Shown here: piece after piece, positions 45,901-57,800 of the stretch | How the letters are laid out: each line of letters begins with the position of its first letter | Numbering within the stretch: the first letter of the stretch is position 1 | Source: Gracilinanus agilis | Lineage: Eukaryota | Length of the DNA stretch: 62,400 nt | Assembly: GCF_016433145.1 (NCBI RefSeq) | Contig: NC_058133.1 | Location: 259,332,216-259,394,615, forward strand | Direction of reading: 5' to 3' | Notes under the pieces: generated by a model | What the model was told of the DNA's origin: nothing | The model's input: only the letters and a program-made list of their open reading frames with translations | The model's database searches: none | Program-made: the position numbers and the translations under genes

Positions 45901-48900
45901 TGGGAAGCCCTGTTTTTAAATCTGGCCTCTAGCTGTGTGACCATTGGTTTCTAAGATTGAAGAGTTAAAAAAAAAATTGTCCATAATTGTCCACTAAATT
46001 GTCCATACCCCCAGACCCAGAGACCTCATTCAAGGTAATAGTCCAAGATCAGTAATAAAAAGACTACTGAAATATGTACAGCAGTGCTTTTGTAGTATCA
46101 AAGAACAGAAAACAAAATAGATTCCCAGTGACTGGAAAATGGCTATAGAATGGAAAGGGAAAATAGTATAGGATATAATGGAAATTGTTTAATGGAGTAT
46201 TATTGTACCATTAGAAAAGATAGATATAAGCAACTCAGAAGGAAAGACTTAATGCACTAATGCAGAATAAAGTGGACGAGGAACACAATATACACAATAA
46301 ACTACAACTGTTTAAATGGGGAAAAACAAAAAAAATGATTGAAAAGTGAAATCAGTCATCTCCTTAGCCCCTTCAGAGGCAGAAAGACTATGAGAGTGGA
46401 ACATTACAAATAATTTCAGACTTTTTTTGCCAAGCTGGTTTTTTCCCCCTCCCTTTCATTTTTTACTTTAAGAGAATGCCCTTCACAAAGAAATAGGAAG
46501 AATACAATAGTAAACATATGATGTAAAAACAAGATATTGCTTAAAAAAAATTTCAAGGACAACAAAAACCTTTTTTAAACAGATTAATCAATAAACAATT
46601 ATGAGGCACCTATTATGTGCCAAGCACTGTGCTAAGCCTAATGGTTTCCAATGATTTAGAAAAACAGAAGGATAAGGACTGAGACTTGAGGTACTCTCAC
46701 AATTAAGAAACGGAAAAAGGTGATTATCCCTATGGAAGGATAATTATCTTTCTCCACAACACAAATGTATAATTGTGCCTTCCAGGAAATATGGAAAAAA
46801 TCATCTTAAGGAAATTCTTTTTTTTTTTTAACCTTTACTTTCAATCTTATAGTCAATACCTAAATATTGGTACCAAAGCAGAAAAAAGTTGTTAAAGGCC
46901 AGGCAACTGGAGTTAAGTGACTTGTCCAGGGTTACACAGCTAGAAAGTGTCTGAGGCCACATCTGAACCCATAACAACTTGTCTCTTAGATCTGGCTCTC
47001 TATCCACTGAGCCAATCTAGTTGCCCCTATAATTCACCTTTTTAAAGTAACAAATAACCCCGTTCCCATCTTTATCCCTAACCCTATTCAACTTGCAGTA
47101 TCTCAGATACCTGAGCCTTAATGCTAAGTGACTCACGTGCCAGAGGAATCCACTGCCACAGCCCGGACTCCACCACGGTGACAGAGAATTTTAACCAATG
47201 GTTCTTTCATGGCTGGACACCAGAGGGATACAGTGCCTGAGGGTCAGGAAGTCAGGAGTCAGAGAGAACAGAGGCCAGGACTTCACAGGGGACAGACCTA
47301 AAGGGATAAGATAAGGGCATAGGAGGGGTCATGATGTCTGGGAGTCTAAGGGTAAAGTGATCATGGGAAGCAAAAAGGGAAGTGTTAGGGGCTAAAAGGA
47401 AGAAGCAACTTAGGGTAACAGACACTGAATATGGGTTAGAGGATAAGAGTTCTATTCTTGATTCTGTGTGATCTCAGGAAAAAAAATCACTTAACTGCTC
47501 TAGTTCTCTAACAGCTCAGATGTAAAACAAGGAGGTTGAGTTAAATAATGTCTAAGGTGAATACAGTCTGCAGAATCGCCAGGCAGGTCTTAGGCTCCTA
47601 AGGTCCAGTGCAGAAAAAGATCAGGTTGTAACACTAACCATTGCTGTGACCAAGATGGATGACAGCATTGTGGGGATTCTGGGTCATCACATCCAGTCGG
47701 CCAGCCCGAGCCATCAGGGATGCGACGATCTTGCCAACAGACACATCCAAGTAAGTAAGGAACCCTGTCTCTGACTGGAAGATGGAGAAAATGAGACTGA
47801 GATAGGAGAGTCACAAGCAAGGCTTCTTTCCATCTCCAATAACCCTGCCACCAATCCACACCCTTCCTAAACATCCCCATAGAAGAAGAGGTCATTTCCC
47901 ATGATTAATCAATTTCTTCTGGTTCCTGAGCATGACCAGCACTCACAGCAGTGGCCAACAGGAAGTGGAAGGGCAGAAATTCAAGTCGAGTGACACGGTC
48001 ACACCTTCGGACACAGTGGAGCTCAATCCCTTGATTGTCATAAATGTGAAGCCACCGTTTCTGAGCAACTGCAAACAATGTCTCAGAGTGCAAGAACCTG
48101 GAGTCAGGAATCACAGATCATACCACAAAATGACCTAAAGCTGGGTCAAGCACCCAACCCCTTTCAAACTCTCAAAGATCACTGAACCCCACCCACTCAA
48201 AGATGCCCCCAGATCCTACTGACCGTATGTCCCTCACGGCCTCCATGACATTGATTTCACACATTAATTTTTTTGTTATCCAGTCAAATGTAGCTACATG
48301 ACCTCTACGGCCACCCAGGGCAAGGTGTCTGGAGGAAGAGAAATGGAAATTACTGTGTTGGGAACCCTTAGGCCCTAGAGTTTATAATATGACTTAACAC
48401 ATCCCCACCCTAGGAAGAACACCAAGACGTAGACTTTGGGTCAAAAGAATGCATGCATGGAGGGAGTTATCAATACCTTTAATCCCTCTCCCTCACCCAG
48501 AAATAGACAGGCAGCACAATAGAAGTGCCAAAGAGACAGGTGACAGCATCACACTGCCCTTGGATAGGAAAATTAATCAATCAATCAATATTTGTTAAGT
48601 ACCTACTATATGCCAGGCACTATTTTAAATGCCAAAAAAGAAAACTGTCTAGAGAAAGGTTCATTCTTCAGCTAGAGCTAAGTCCCTACCTTCCAGTTCT
48701 TGAGTAATTCAGTCTGTAAGGTCCAAACTGGTGCAAATTCAGGTCAAAATGCTACAGTGGGAAGGGAAAGAAAGGGAATATACATTTGTATAGCACTCAA
48801 ACACTGTGCTAAGTACAGAGACATCCAGAAAGCAGTCAAGTCTGGAAATTCTCCTATCCAACTCTAATCACACAGGTGATCATGATACTGGTGTCTTCAC

Positions 48901-51056
48901 CATCATTATCAGTTTCTTCCCAGTTTTCCACTTCACCTTAGCAGCACTTGCAATGTCCACAGCCTCTACAATGTCAGACTGGTGGATTGTAGCTGTGTCT
49001 TCTCCATCCTCTCCCTCCAGGAACCTGTGGAAGATAAGGTCATGTTGAAAAGTTCATTAGCACAGAGCTGAGCAGAATTGGCAATATTGGGTATGAGAAG
49101 AGGGTGGAGGGGGAGCCAAGGGACAACAATAACACAGGTTAGATCCCAAGAGTTGTGGTTGTCATTTACCCAGGTTCCTCAGAAAGCAAGAGATCAGCTC
49201 GGGCTGCTCGGACACTTGTTTCCTCCTCTTCAGAGGCAGCTGCCTTGAGTTTATCCACTGTCACCAGCTTAAGGGGTTGCTTCTGAGAGAATGCAGAATC
49301 AAATATCATAGGTTAGGAATGAAAGACTAAGAACTCCTAAAACTCTTCCTTCTCAATCACTGTGATGGCCAATGAATCAACAAAAAAGAATGGGGGAAAA
49401 CTCCCATAGGTTAGAGATAAGAAAATATCAACTTTGAGTCTTCCTTTTCAATTATTGTGATGGGTATTAAGACCCTCAGCTGCCCCTTGCCAACTGCCTT
49501 CTTACCTTCACAAATTTAGAACCACCTCTTCTGAACTTCTTTACAGCATTCTCTGAGACTGGTGCTGGTCCAGGGAATGGATCCTGAGCCTAGGTGTGAT
49601 GAAATGAAGTTTGCATGAGAGATGGTCAACTTCCTTTCTCTTCTCTCATTTTTTTCCTAATAACAATGCCTCACATTTACATAGCACTTTATGCTATAGT
49701 TCTACCATTTCATCCTTTTCTCAGTTCCTTATTACTATTCTCCAGTCCTCCAAATCCCCTCATTTTGTTCTGATTTAATTCCCCAAACAGATCCTATCCT
49801 TCTCCTCTATCTGAAAAATCCACATCAAAGCATCCCAGAATGTGACAGGGGCATGAGGTAGACCAGCTAGGAGCTGGTGATATTCTTGCTGTATTATCCA
49901 ATGATGCTTCCCAACTCAGATCTTACCCCAGATAATGTCTGATTTGGCTTCAGCTCCTGCTTCTGATCTGAGTTACGATCCTTCAGGTTATGTTGTGATC
50001 TCAGATCCTTCTGGTTCCGTTTTAGCCTCAGAACCTTCTGGTTATTCTTTGACTTCAACTCCTGCTTCTGCTTTGGTCTCTTGGGTGCCTGGGCATCCTT
50101 GGGCTGGGGCCTGTCCTCCCACTTCCTTTTGGACCCCTTGTCAGGGAGAGGATGGGCTCCATCATTTTCCCCTTCCCAGTATCGTCTTGGTTTCTGGAGA
50201 AATGAGGTAGGGATGATCATGAAGCAGCACCAAACCTAGTAACCCTTTGATACCTTCCCCAACTACATCCAGAAAGGACATGATTCCTGGGCACTGAAGG
50301 CTTAAAAGCTATTAAAAGTGTCATCATGAATTTGTGAATACGAGTTTTCAACTCATAATAAAAATCAACATGGATGTATAAGATAACACGCCTTTCTTGT
50401 CAAAGATTACCCAATAATTTACCATTTAGGCCTATTCAAGTTCTGCAACAGCCTTCACCCAGACGTATGTTTAAAAAATAAATTTTAATTCTAATTTTCT
50501 TGTGTTTTTAAGTACATTAAATTACATTTAATACATTTAGTGTTCTAAAGCACATCTATTACTACATAACAAATTTGACTTTTGACATTTTTTAAATAAA
50601 GATAACTCTTACCTTCCGAAGAGTGGTGGCAAGGGCTAGGGAATGGGAGTTAAGTGACACAGCTAGGAAGTGTCTGAGGCCAAATTTGAACCCAGCACCT
50701 CCCAACTCTACGGCTGACTTTCAATCCACTGAGCCACCCCGTTGCCCCCTAAACTTTTGATATTCTGATAACCGTATGTTTTATATCTTTAAAAATACTA
50801 AGAAGGGGCTCATAGTCTTCATCAGACTGCCAAAGGGATCCACGAAACAAATAAAATTAAGAATTCCTGCTTTAGATTTAACAATAGGAGTGAAAACACT
50901 GGGGAAGACGTGGAAACGGGATTAACCGCACGACCTGGGCCATCCACGGTTCCTCCCATTCTCTCCACCAGAATAGGGAGCAGACGCACTCCGTACCTGT
51001 TTCTTGCCTTGGCCCTTAACATGAGCCCCGCTGCCCGGTTTCGGAGCTGCCTCCAT
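33977..51056 (-). CDS. WDR46: WD repeat protein 46 (UTP7/BING4), 15 exons, 631 aa
   Basis: Coding exons: 51056-50997, 50193-49927, 49589-49506, 49282-49170, 49024-48937, 48751-48690, 48328-48224, 48097-47947, 47774-47639, 47236-47137, 36866-36553, 35937-35843, 35549-35454, 34469-34356, 34087-33977. Total 1896 nt, all GT-AG, phases consistent. [76 protein letters not shown]. Confidence 0.97.
37140..38800 (+). mobile_element. Old degenerate L1 (ORF2 3' part to 3' UTR), interrupted by SINEs
   Basis: L1 motifs aagaattccctatttgataa, ttaggtttagacaaacatcttatacca, aactggcaaccaagggaatgcccttcaattagggactggctgaacaag. A similar old L1 lies at about 45400-46560. Confidence 0.7.
40017..41820 (+). mobile_element. 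L1 internal fragment: inter-ORF region, endonuclease domain and linker; frameshifted, no 3' end
   Basis: ATG 40329 gives [22 protein letters not shown] 40460-40831 has [27 protein letters not shown]; 40824-41060 has IDHVLGH..DHNA. Homology stops at ..LFEIISKEG, just before the RT domain. Confidence 0.92.
43860..44330 (-). mobile_element. L3/CR1 fragment
   Basis: cccccaaactgctgtttaaccatgtctctccatcttatacttg...ccaagtgtaagactt..ttactgaatttca; gtcaagatctcttga..ttagctgtccctcccag. Confidence 0.7.
44429..44871 (+). mobile_element. Short L1 3' end insertion with A-rich tail and 9-bp TSD
   Basis: Homologous to the 3' end of the L1 at 33-700. TSD aaagttagg at 44420-44428 and 44872-44880. Confidence 0.88.
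50770..50869 (+). mobile_element. 3' part of a hAT/Charlie-like MITE in WDR46 intron 1
   Basis: cttcatcagactgccaaagggatccacgaaacaaataaaattaagaattcctg (50817-50869) matches 8747-8799. Confidence 0.6.
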
Positions 51057-51860
51057 GCGCCCCGGAAACCGAACTCTTCTAAACCCACGTGTAACCTCCA
51101 CTCTAGGGTCCCACGATCCGCTAAAAGGAAAAGCCGGAAGCATTAGTTGGCGTGGGAGGATTCCGAAGACTAGCGACCAATCAGAAGACGAACTAGGACA
51201 GCTGTCTTCCGGAAGCCATGTTGGGTAAGGTGGTATCTGTAGGTAGCGGTGTCTGACGCCAGAGAGGGAACGCGACGTGTAGATTAAAGATGAAAACTCA
51301 CCTTAAAGGACGGAACTGGCCGCCCAGGGAGGGCTGCGGAAAGCGACTACAGCTTTGTCTTGTGTGTTCCTCAGGCTGATGTTCCGGCGCCAAATCATTT
51401 CGAGTGACCGGCCTTTCTGGCAGTCTAGCTTTGGTATTCTGATGTTTGGGATTCCATTTCCCGGCGTGCCCTTAGGCCGTCCTTTTTTTGCCCGTCACTT
51501 GCCATGTGCTTCTTGTTTTCCCAGCGTCCCCTATCTGCTTCCGGGTTTGGGGGCTGTGGTAGGCGAAAGTAAAGGATCTCTGTGGAGCTCGAGACCTTTC
51601 TTCGGCTCTGGGGAGTTGGAGGCGCGTGTAGGGACCTAGGCAGGCCGGAGCAGGCCTGGGGCTCTGAAGAGGGCAGGGCCTGGCTGCCAGTTCTGGACTG
51701 ACGCTCTCCCACATCTCTTCTCTGTGATTCCCAGACCCTACTCCACGCCATGGCGGAGGTGATTCAAAAAAAGCTTCAGGGGGAATTGGAGAAGTATCAG
51801 CAGCTACAAAAGGGTGAGTGAGCAGGTCGGGGCTGTTTCGGGATTCGGCTCTTCACACGG
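50900..51860. promoter_or_regulatory. CpG-island bidirectional promoter of WDR46 and PFDN6
   Basis: ATGs at 51056(-) and 51750(+). ETS gccggaag 51133 and palindromic ttccggaa 51207, CCAAT 51177. A candidate 5'UTR intron of PFDN6 runs from donor 51225 to acceptor 51734. Confidence 0.88.
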
Positions 51861-53176
51861 TGGCCCTCAGCTAGTTATTCGGGGAATCCTTCAAAATGAT
51901 ACCCACAGCAAACCCCTCCATGCCATCTACTTAGTGTACTAATCATTTTCTCCTGAAAGAGAGAATTCGTGAATTCAAGTATTGACTTAAAAAAAAATAA
52001 AAATCCTTATCTTCTGTCTTAGAATTAATACTAAGCATGGGCTCCAAGACAGAAGAGTTGTGAGGACCAGGCAGTTGGAGTTGTGACTTGCCCAGAATCA
52101 TTTAGTGACTGAGAGCACACCTGAACTTCCATCTCCGGCTCTGTATTCACTGAGCCATCTTCCTGTCCTTCAAGTGCTTACTCTTGTACACAACTTGATG
52201 TGTTATGTTGAGCATGCCCTTATTTACCTCATTTGTGAAATGGGGATTTGTCATTACAGCTCTCCTGGATAATGGTGGTACAGGGGAATGAAAATGAGTG
52301 TTTTGTGTATAAAATTCAATCTTTTGTTTAAAATGTCTTTATCACCAGTGCCTGTGACTTAATTTTATGACCCTACCCAAAATATAATTTTCTTTGATCC
52401 ATTGAAATTAGAGGGGTTTCAAGCTCTCTAATATGTTTTCTTTCCTTTCTTCATTTCTGTCCACTCCAGACTTGAGTAAGTCTATGTCTAGTCGACAGAA
52501 GCTGGAGGCACAACTAACAGAAAATAACATTGTGAAAGAGGTAAGAGACTAGATTTGGAGGTGTCCAGGAGCCAGAAGGCATGTCCAAGCATTTTGTATC
52601 TCCCAACTGTTTTCTCTCCATCCCTAGGAATTAGCTTTATTGGATGGATCCAATGTAGTGTTTAAACTTCTGGGCCCAGTGTTGGTCAAACAGGAACTAG
52701 GGGAGGCCAGAGCTACTGTGGGCAAGAGACTGGACTATATCACAGCAGAGATGTGAGTATTATCCTCCTTCCATGTCTCACATTCCGATCTCCCCACCAC
52801 CACATTTGACTCTTATGCCAGTACAATTCTCATACCATTTCATTCTGATATATACTTCAGTTTCATTATTCATTTCTTCTCTTCTTGTCTCTGTTAATTT
52901 CCTCTATCTCCAGCAATCAATCAAATTGACCTCTTATTAGCCCACTAATCTGCTTTTTATTTGTCCCAGGCCTTACCCACCCCACCCCCAACAAACTTGT
53001 GACGAAGTTAGTGTGATTATCTTTATGTTTTCCTTACTTCCTTTAGCAAACGATATGAAACTCAGCTCCGAGACTTAGAGCGACAGTCTGAAAAACAGCG
53101 TGAGGCTCTGGCCCAATTACAACAGGAGTTCCAGCGTGCCCAGGCTGCGAAGGCAGGGTCTGTAGGAAAGGCTTGA
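51750..53176 (+). CDS. PFDN6: Prefoldin subunit 6 (KE2), 4 coding exons, 129 aa
   Basis: Exons 51750-51813, 52470-52540, 52628-52752, 53047-53176, total 390 nt. MAEVIQKKLQGELEKYQQLQKDLSKSMSSRQKLEAQLTENNIVKEELALLDGSNVVFKLLGPVLVKQELGEARATVGKRLDYITAEIKRYE...AGSVGKA*. AATAAA at 53237-53242. Confidence 0.98.
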
Positions 53177-54340
53177 CATCTCAGGTGGGGTAGGGAATAG
53201 AGTAGGGAAAAATGATGGGTCATCTGCACTGTGGCAAATAAAATATGAAAATTCCTGTCTCGTCTTGTTTTCCAACTACCCCATTATGTTACATTAATTT
53301 ATTCTGCTGCCTCCCTTCCCCTTCCTCAAGGCTGTTTAGATCCTTGTACTACCTATCTTAATTCCTTCTGTTCAACTTCGCTTCTTTCCTAGTGGATGGG
53401 AATCTTAAGTTTGGGTAGAAGCTTTAAGTTACAAACTAAGAATTAAATCCATTTTCCCCCCATGTCTTCAACTTTACATTCTCTAGTACTCTTGCCAGAC
53501 ATTAAGTTCATGTACAAGTATGAGAGGAGAAAAGGCATTTATGTCATAGCCTTGGAATGGGAAACAGACCCTTTTTCAAACACAAGAAATATCTGTTGTA
53601 TGACAATCACTGTGATGAGGCTATAATTGTGTTCCTTTCCCCAAAAGGTTAGTGACATCCATCATTACTACACAAGATTTTTGCAAGAATCAAATTTTGA
53701 AAGAGACCTCAGAAACCTTGAGAATTGGTGCTTATTTAATCCATTTTATCCAGTCCTAGAGGGGTTAAATGATTTTTTCACAGATCCTCTAATTCAGACT
53801 AGTTTTTGCTACACTTGAACTCAAAGGTTATAAATGTTACTATAAGGTGTGCACAACTTAACACCCAAACATCCTTAGTTTCTCAGAAAACATATGATCC
53901 AGAAATTTGAATTTGTTTTCTTGAATTGAAATGATTTTTAGCTTATTCTGCTTTTCAGAATCACAAGTTCCATTAGTTGTTCATTCTCTTTAACTCGGTT
54001 TTAAGATTCCCTTTTTCACATTTACAGCTAGGAGAGCTCTCTGGTGCTAAGAAAGGGTTTTGGGATGTGGTAGAGATCCATGATTGGATAAGTAGGGCAG
54101 GACAGCTGGACATAGTGGGGCCTGATATGAGTGATGGGAAGTTGACTAGATCTTCATAAGTGATGACACTTATGGATCTGGTGGGGTCAACATGAGCTCT
54201 TGGGGACTTAGAACATTACTCCTAAGCCCTCTTGCTTGAAACCTTAACAAGGAAACGGGGCAGCTAGCAAGACCCTGCACTCTTGAGCTTGTGAAGTATG
54301 CAGATTCTAGAAATCAGATGGGTGGAGGTCATGTAGTGTG

Positions 54341-54346
54341 TTTATT
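54341..54346 (-). terminator. RGL2: RGL2 polyadenylation signal AATAAA
   Basis: tttatt on + strand, about 480 nt past the stop. Confidence 0.75.
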
Positions 54347-54826
54347 GTTTTAGTGTTGTCACAGCACAGGAGTCCCTGGCTGGGGATGGGGGGATCATAG
54401 AGAGAAAGGGAGCCCCTGGAAGACCTTCCTTCTTTCCCTCCCCTCCCTCCACCCATTCCTGGTACTCGGAGCCTCTAGGCTATACCCCTTTCAAGCCTTT
54501 CCCTGGCCCTTTGCATGCTGAGATGTGACAAATAGAGAAAAGTCAGGGGTGACAATGATGGCACTAATAACAGGTATCAGGATGTAGGGACTGTGAGAGA
54601 TGTAATCTGTTCCTGTCTCCTGCCAAAATAGCCACAGGAATCCAAAGTGGCTGTCTGGATAGGCTGTTTCCAACATAGGTGCACAGTAAATAAGGGCTAC
54701 TCCTTTCTGACCAAGCATGCCTGGCTATCATACAAGGTGACTATCCTAATCCAACATGGCCACCACCATTCAAGGTGGCTAATAACAATATAGTCACCAT
54801 GGCTTCTGTAAAACAATATGGTTTCC

Positions 54827-57800
54827 TCAGAACAGTGCCCGGGCAATTTTCCGTCCTGTGGCCTTTATCCTGGGGAAAGAGCCTCCTCCTCCCTCACTAG
54901 GAGGATTTGCAGGGGTAGAGGGTCCAGTGGAAAGACCTGGAGTCACTGAAGAGGGTCGCCGCCGCTGCCTAAGGAGGAAATCCTGAGAGGCACCATCCAT
55001 GGCATAGAAGACATTCGCTGATGGTGGAATGGTCAGCTCTGGAATGAGCATCACAAGGCAGATAAAGGATCCAGGGTCAAAAATATAAAAGCAAAATTAG
55101 TTATTCAAAAATCACAGGTTCTTAATGATTGACCCTTCCCTTTATAAGACTCCTTGACTTTATTATTATCTTTTAAATAATACTTTCTTGCCCACACAGC
55201 TAGGGAGTGTCTGAGGCCAGATTTGAACCCAGGTCCTTCCAACTCCCTTGGCCTAGTGCATTAATTGCACCACTTCTGCCCCCAATTCCTTGATTTAACC
55301 TGCCCTCTATTACATCTTACCTCGATCACCTGGCAGCAGTTGCACCAATTCGTACTCTGAAGCTGCTGCTGGATCCCGGTTATTTTTTTTCAGGACACGA
55401 CTAATAACGCTCGGAGCCTTGTCCTGACTTGTCACCTAGGGGGATTCGAGGAACCAGACTAATTGGACACTGATGCCCAAATCTAACCCAAACATCTATC
55501 CCCAACAGCGTGTAGAAGAAAATCCAGCATGGTGGCCACAATCCAAAACAGGCCAGCAATCCTCACTGGACTGCTCAGAGCACATCCCAGAGGTAAAAGG
55601 AATGCTCTGATCCCCAAACACCCACATAACTTGTCAGAATTATGCCCGTTCAGTGTAGCCAACAGAATGTGCCAGGTGGCTATTGATCCTTAACAAGGCC
55701 AATGGGATAAAAGATTACACTTCATGTGAAAATCTGACCGAATAGAATCAGAGGGTGGCCTCATTCCCTATGTCTTCCACCCCTCAATGAGTGGGCAGGT
55801 TCCCCTCACCAGGATGCTCTTGTAGACACTGCCATCCACCCCAAGCTCCATCTGCACACGAATGATGCGACAGTCCGAGGCCCCAGGCCCGATTCCACTC
55901 CTGCTCCCAGACCCTGGCCCCAAGGAAGTGACCTCCCCAGATCCACTGCTAAGAGGAGAACCACACGAGGCTGATCTGCGGTGACCTCTGGAGGGCCTGG
56001 GAGAGTGGGCTGTTGGGGAAAGGAACCCAGGATCAGCAGGAGTATGGCAGGAAGAAGCTCCATCCAGGGCAGAGTCCAGAGAGGAAACGGATGGCCATTT
56101 CATATGCTGGGGACAAATAAGACATAATAAGGTCAGTTCAAGAAGCAGGGGGAAGAGAAGAGGCAAGAATGGTTCAGAGAGAGGGAGCAGCTGGGTGGCT
56201 CAGTGGATGGAGAGCCACTGGGTCAACTGGCCTCAGACAAATCCTAGTTGTGTGACCTGGGCAAGTCATTTAATCCTCTTAGCCTAGCTATTACCACCCT
56301 TCCATCTTAGAACCAATAACACAGTAGAAATGCTAAGACAGATAAGAGTTTTTTAAAAAAAAGAATGACACTCAGTTCAAGGATCACAGCCTCACCTGGG
56401 CAAGTCGAGTGAGCAATGGGGCAGGGGTTGCAGCTGTATCATCTTCTCTAGGACTAGGTTGATCCCAGGAAACAAGGGGAGTAGGGCCGCCAACAGATCC
56501 CAGTACACTATGGGAAGGGGCTGGATAGGTCAGAAGGAAACACAGAGCCCCCTACCACCTCCCACCCTTGCCTTCTAAAGGCTACTCTTGTAACTCCCTT
56601 GAAGCACCCTCCCCCAACCCCTATTCTTTTCCATCCTTCTCTCACTCTGTCCAGTGAGAGATGACCAGTGTTGGCCGAAGTATCCGGGGGGCAGGGGAGT
56701 CACTGACTCCAGGGGGTTCCACTTCACAAGATACACGGTGACTGGCAGAGGTTCAAAGGACAAAGGTCAAATATCTCTTAATTACTCCAGGCTCTGTCTC
56801 CCTTCTCCCCTCCCGTAAGCCTCCAACCCACCTTGAGATATTAAAGTCAGTCACCTTTGGGCCTCTGTCAGAGGCTGGAGCCCCTGAAGCCACTGCTGAA
56901 CATCAGGGTCAGGCTGGAGGTCATAACCTCGACATTCATCCTGAAGACGTCTAAGCTCAGATAGGACAGAGAATTCCTGTAGGAGGTACCCCAAGAAAGA
57001 GGGACCCTGAGACTGTGGGAGCCTGAGGCCAACTCCCTCCAGATCCCTTCCCTAGGGAGTCCCCATTCTCATTACCTTCCTCCTCTTGTCAAAGTTGATG
57101 TAACCATTCTGATGGGAAAAAGTGGAGGAAGGGAGAAGAATGAAAACTATGACCTAGTTTTCTAAAACTCAATTCCTGCTCCACCTCCAGCCATACATTA
57201 TTTTTTTTAAAAGCCACTCTGACCAGCTTATCACCAAAGACATACTGCCCTCCCCCATCTCTAGCCATAAACACTGACCTCCAGCTCATCCCTGGAAGCT
57301 GCATCCAGCATCACAAGATCTTTTAGGAAGGTGCCAAGGTATGGGACCACACCCTGAAGGCAGAAGGTAGGAACCACAGTTTAGCTACCTCCCCACGCAT
57401 CCTGGCTGCCCTGGAACAGAGCATTTGCCCCACTATCACTGTCCTCTAATAATAATAAGAGTTCGTATTGTGGTGCTTTGTGGTTTACAAAACATTCTCA
57501 CACCCCAAGGTAGATAGTGTCATTAGGAACATGAATTAGATTCATGATTTTACTAGCATAGGAAATTCCCTTCTAGACGAGGAAAGTCCCTCTACCAGCT
57601 CCAATAGACATCTTCTCTACAGCTCAGAGTTGCCTCCAACACTGAGGCTAACTAAGTGACTTGACCAGTACAAGCCTTGAGTTGAACTGCTACTAAAGCT
57701 TTCCACACACCAAGGCCAGCTCTCTGTCTGCGACAATATTCCCTCTAAGTTATGCACCCCTTTTTACAGATGAGGAAACTAAGGCTTGCTCACAGATGAG

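Noticed and set aside
49935-50210. Antisense ORF with DPSG repeats, and other ORF-track entries overlapping exons on the opposite strand
   Set aside because: Explained as shadows of WDR46, VPS52, RGL2 and B3GALT4 codon structure. The remaining 60-170 aa ORFs fall in repeats or GC-rich DNA and lack recognisable homology.
51218-51750. Upstream ATG in the candidate PFDN6 leader exon
   Set aside because: It overlaps a YY1/ETS-like promoter motif and the TSS is unknown, so it may not be in the mRNA.
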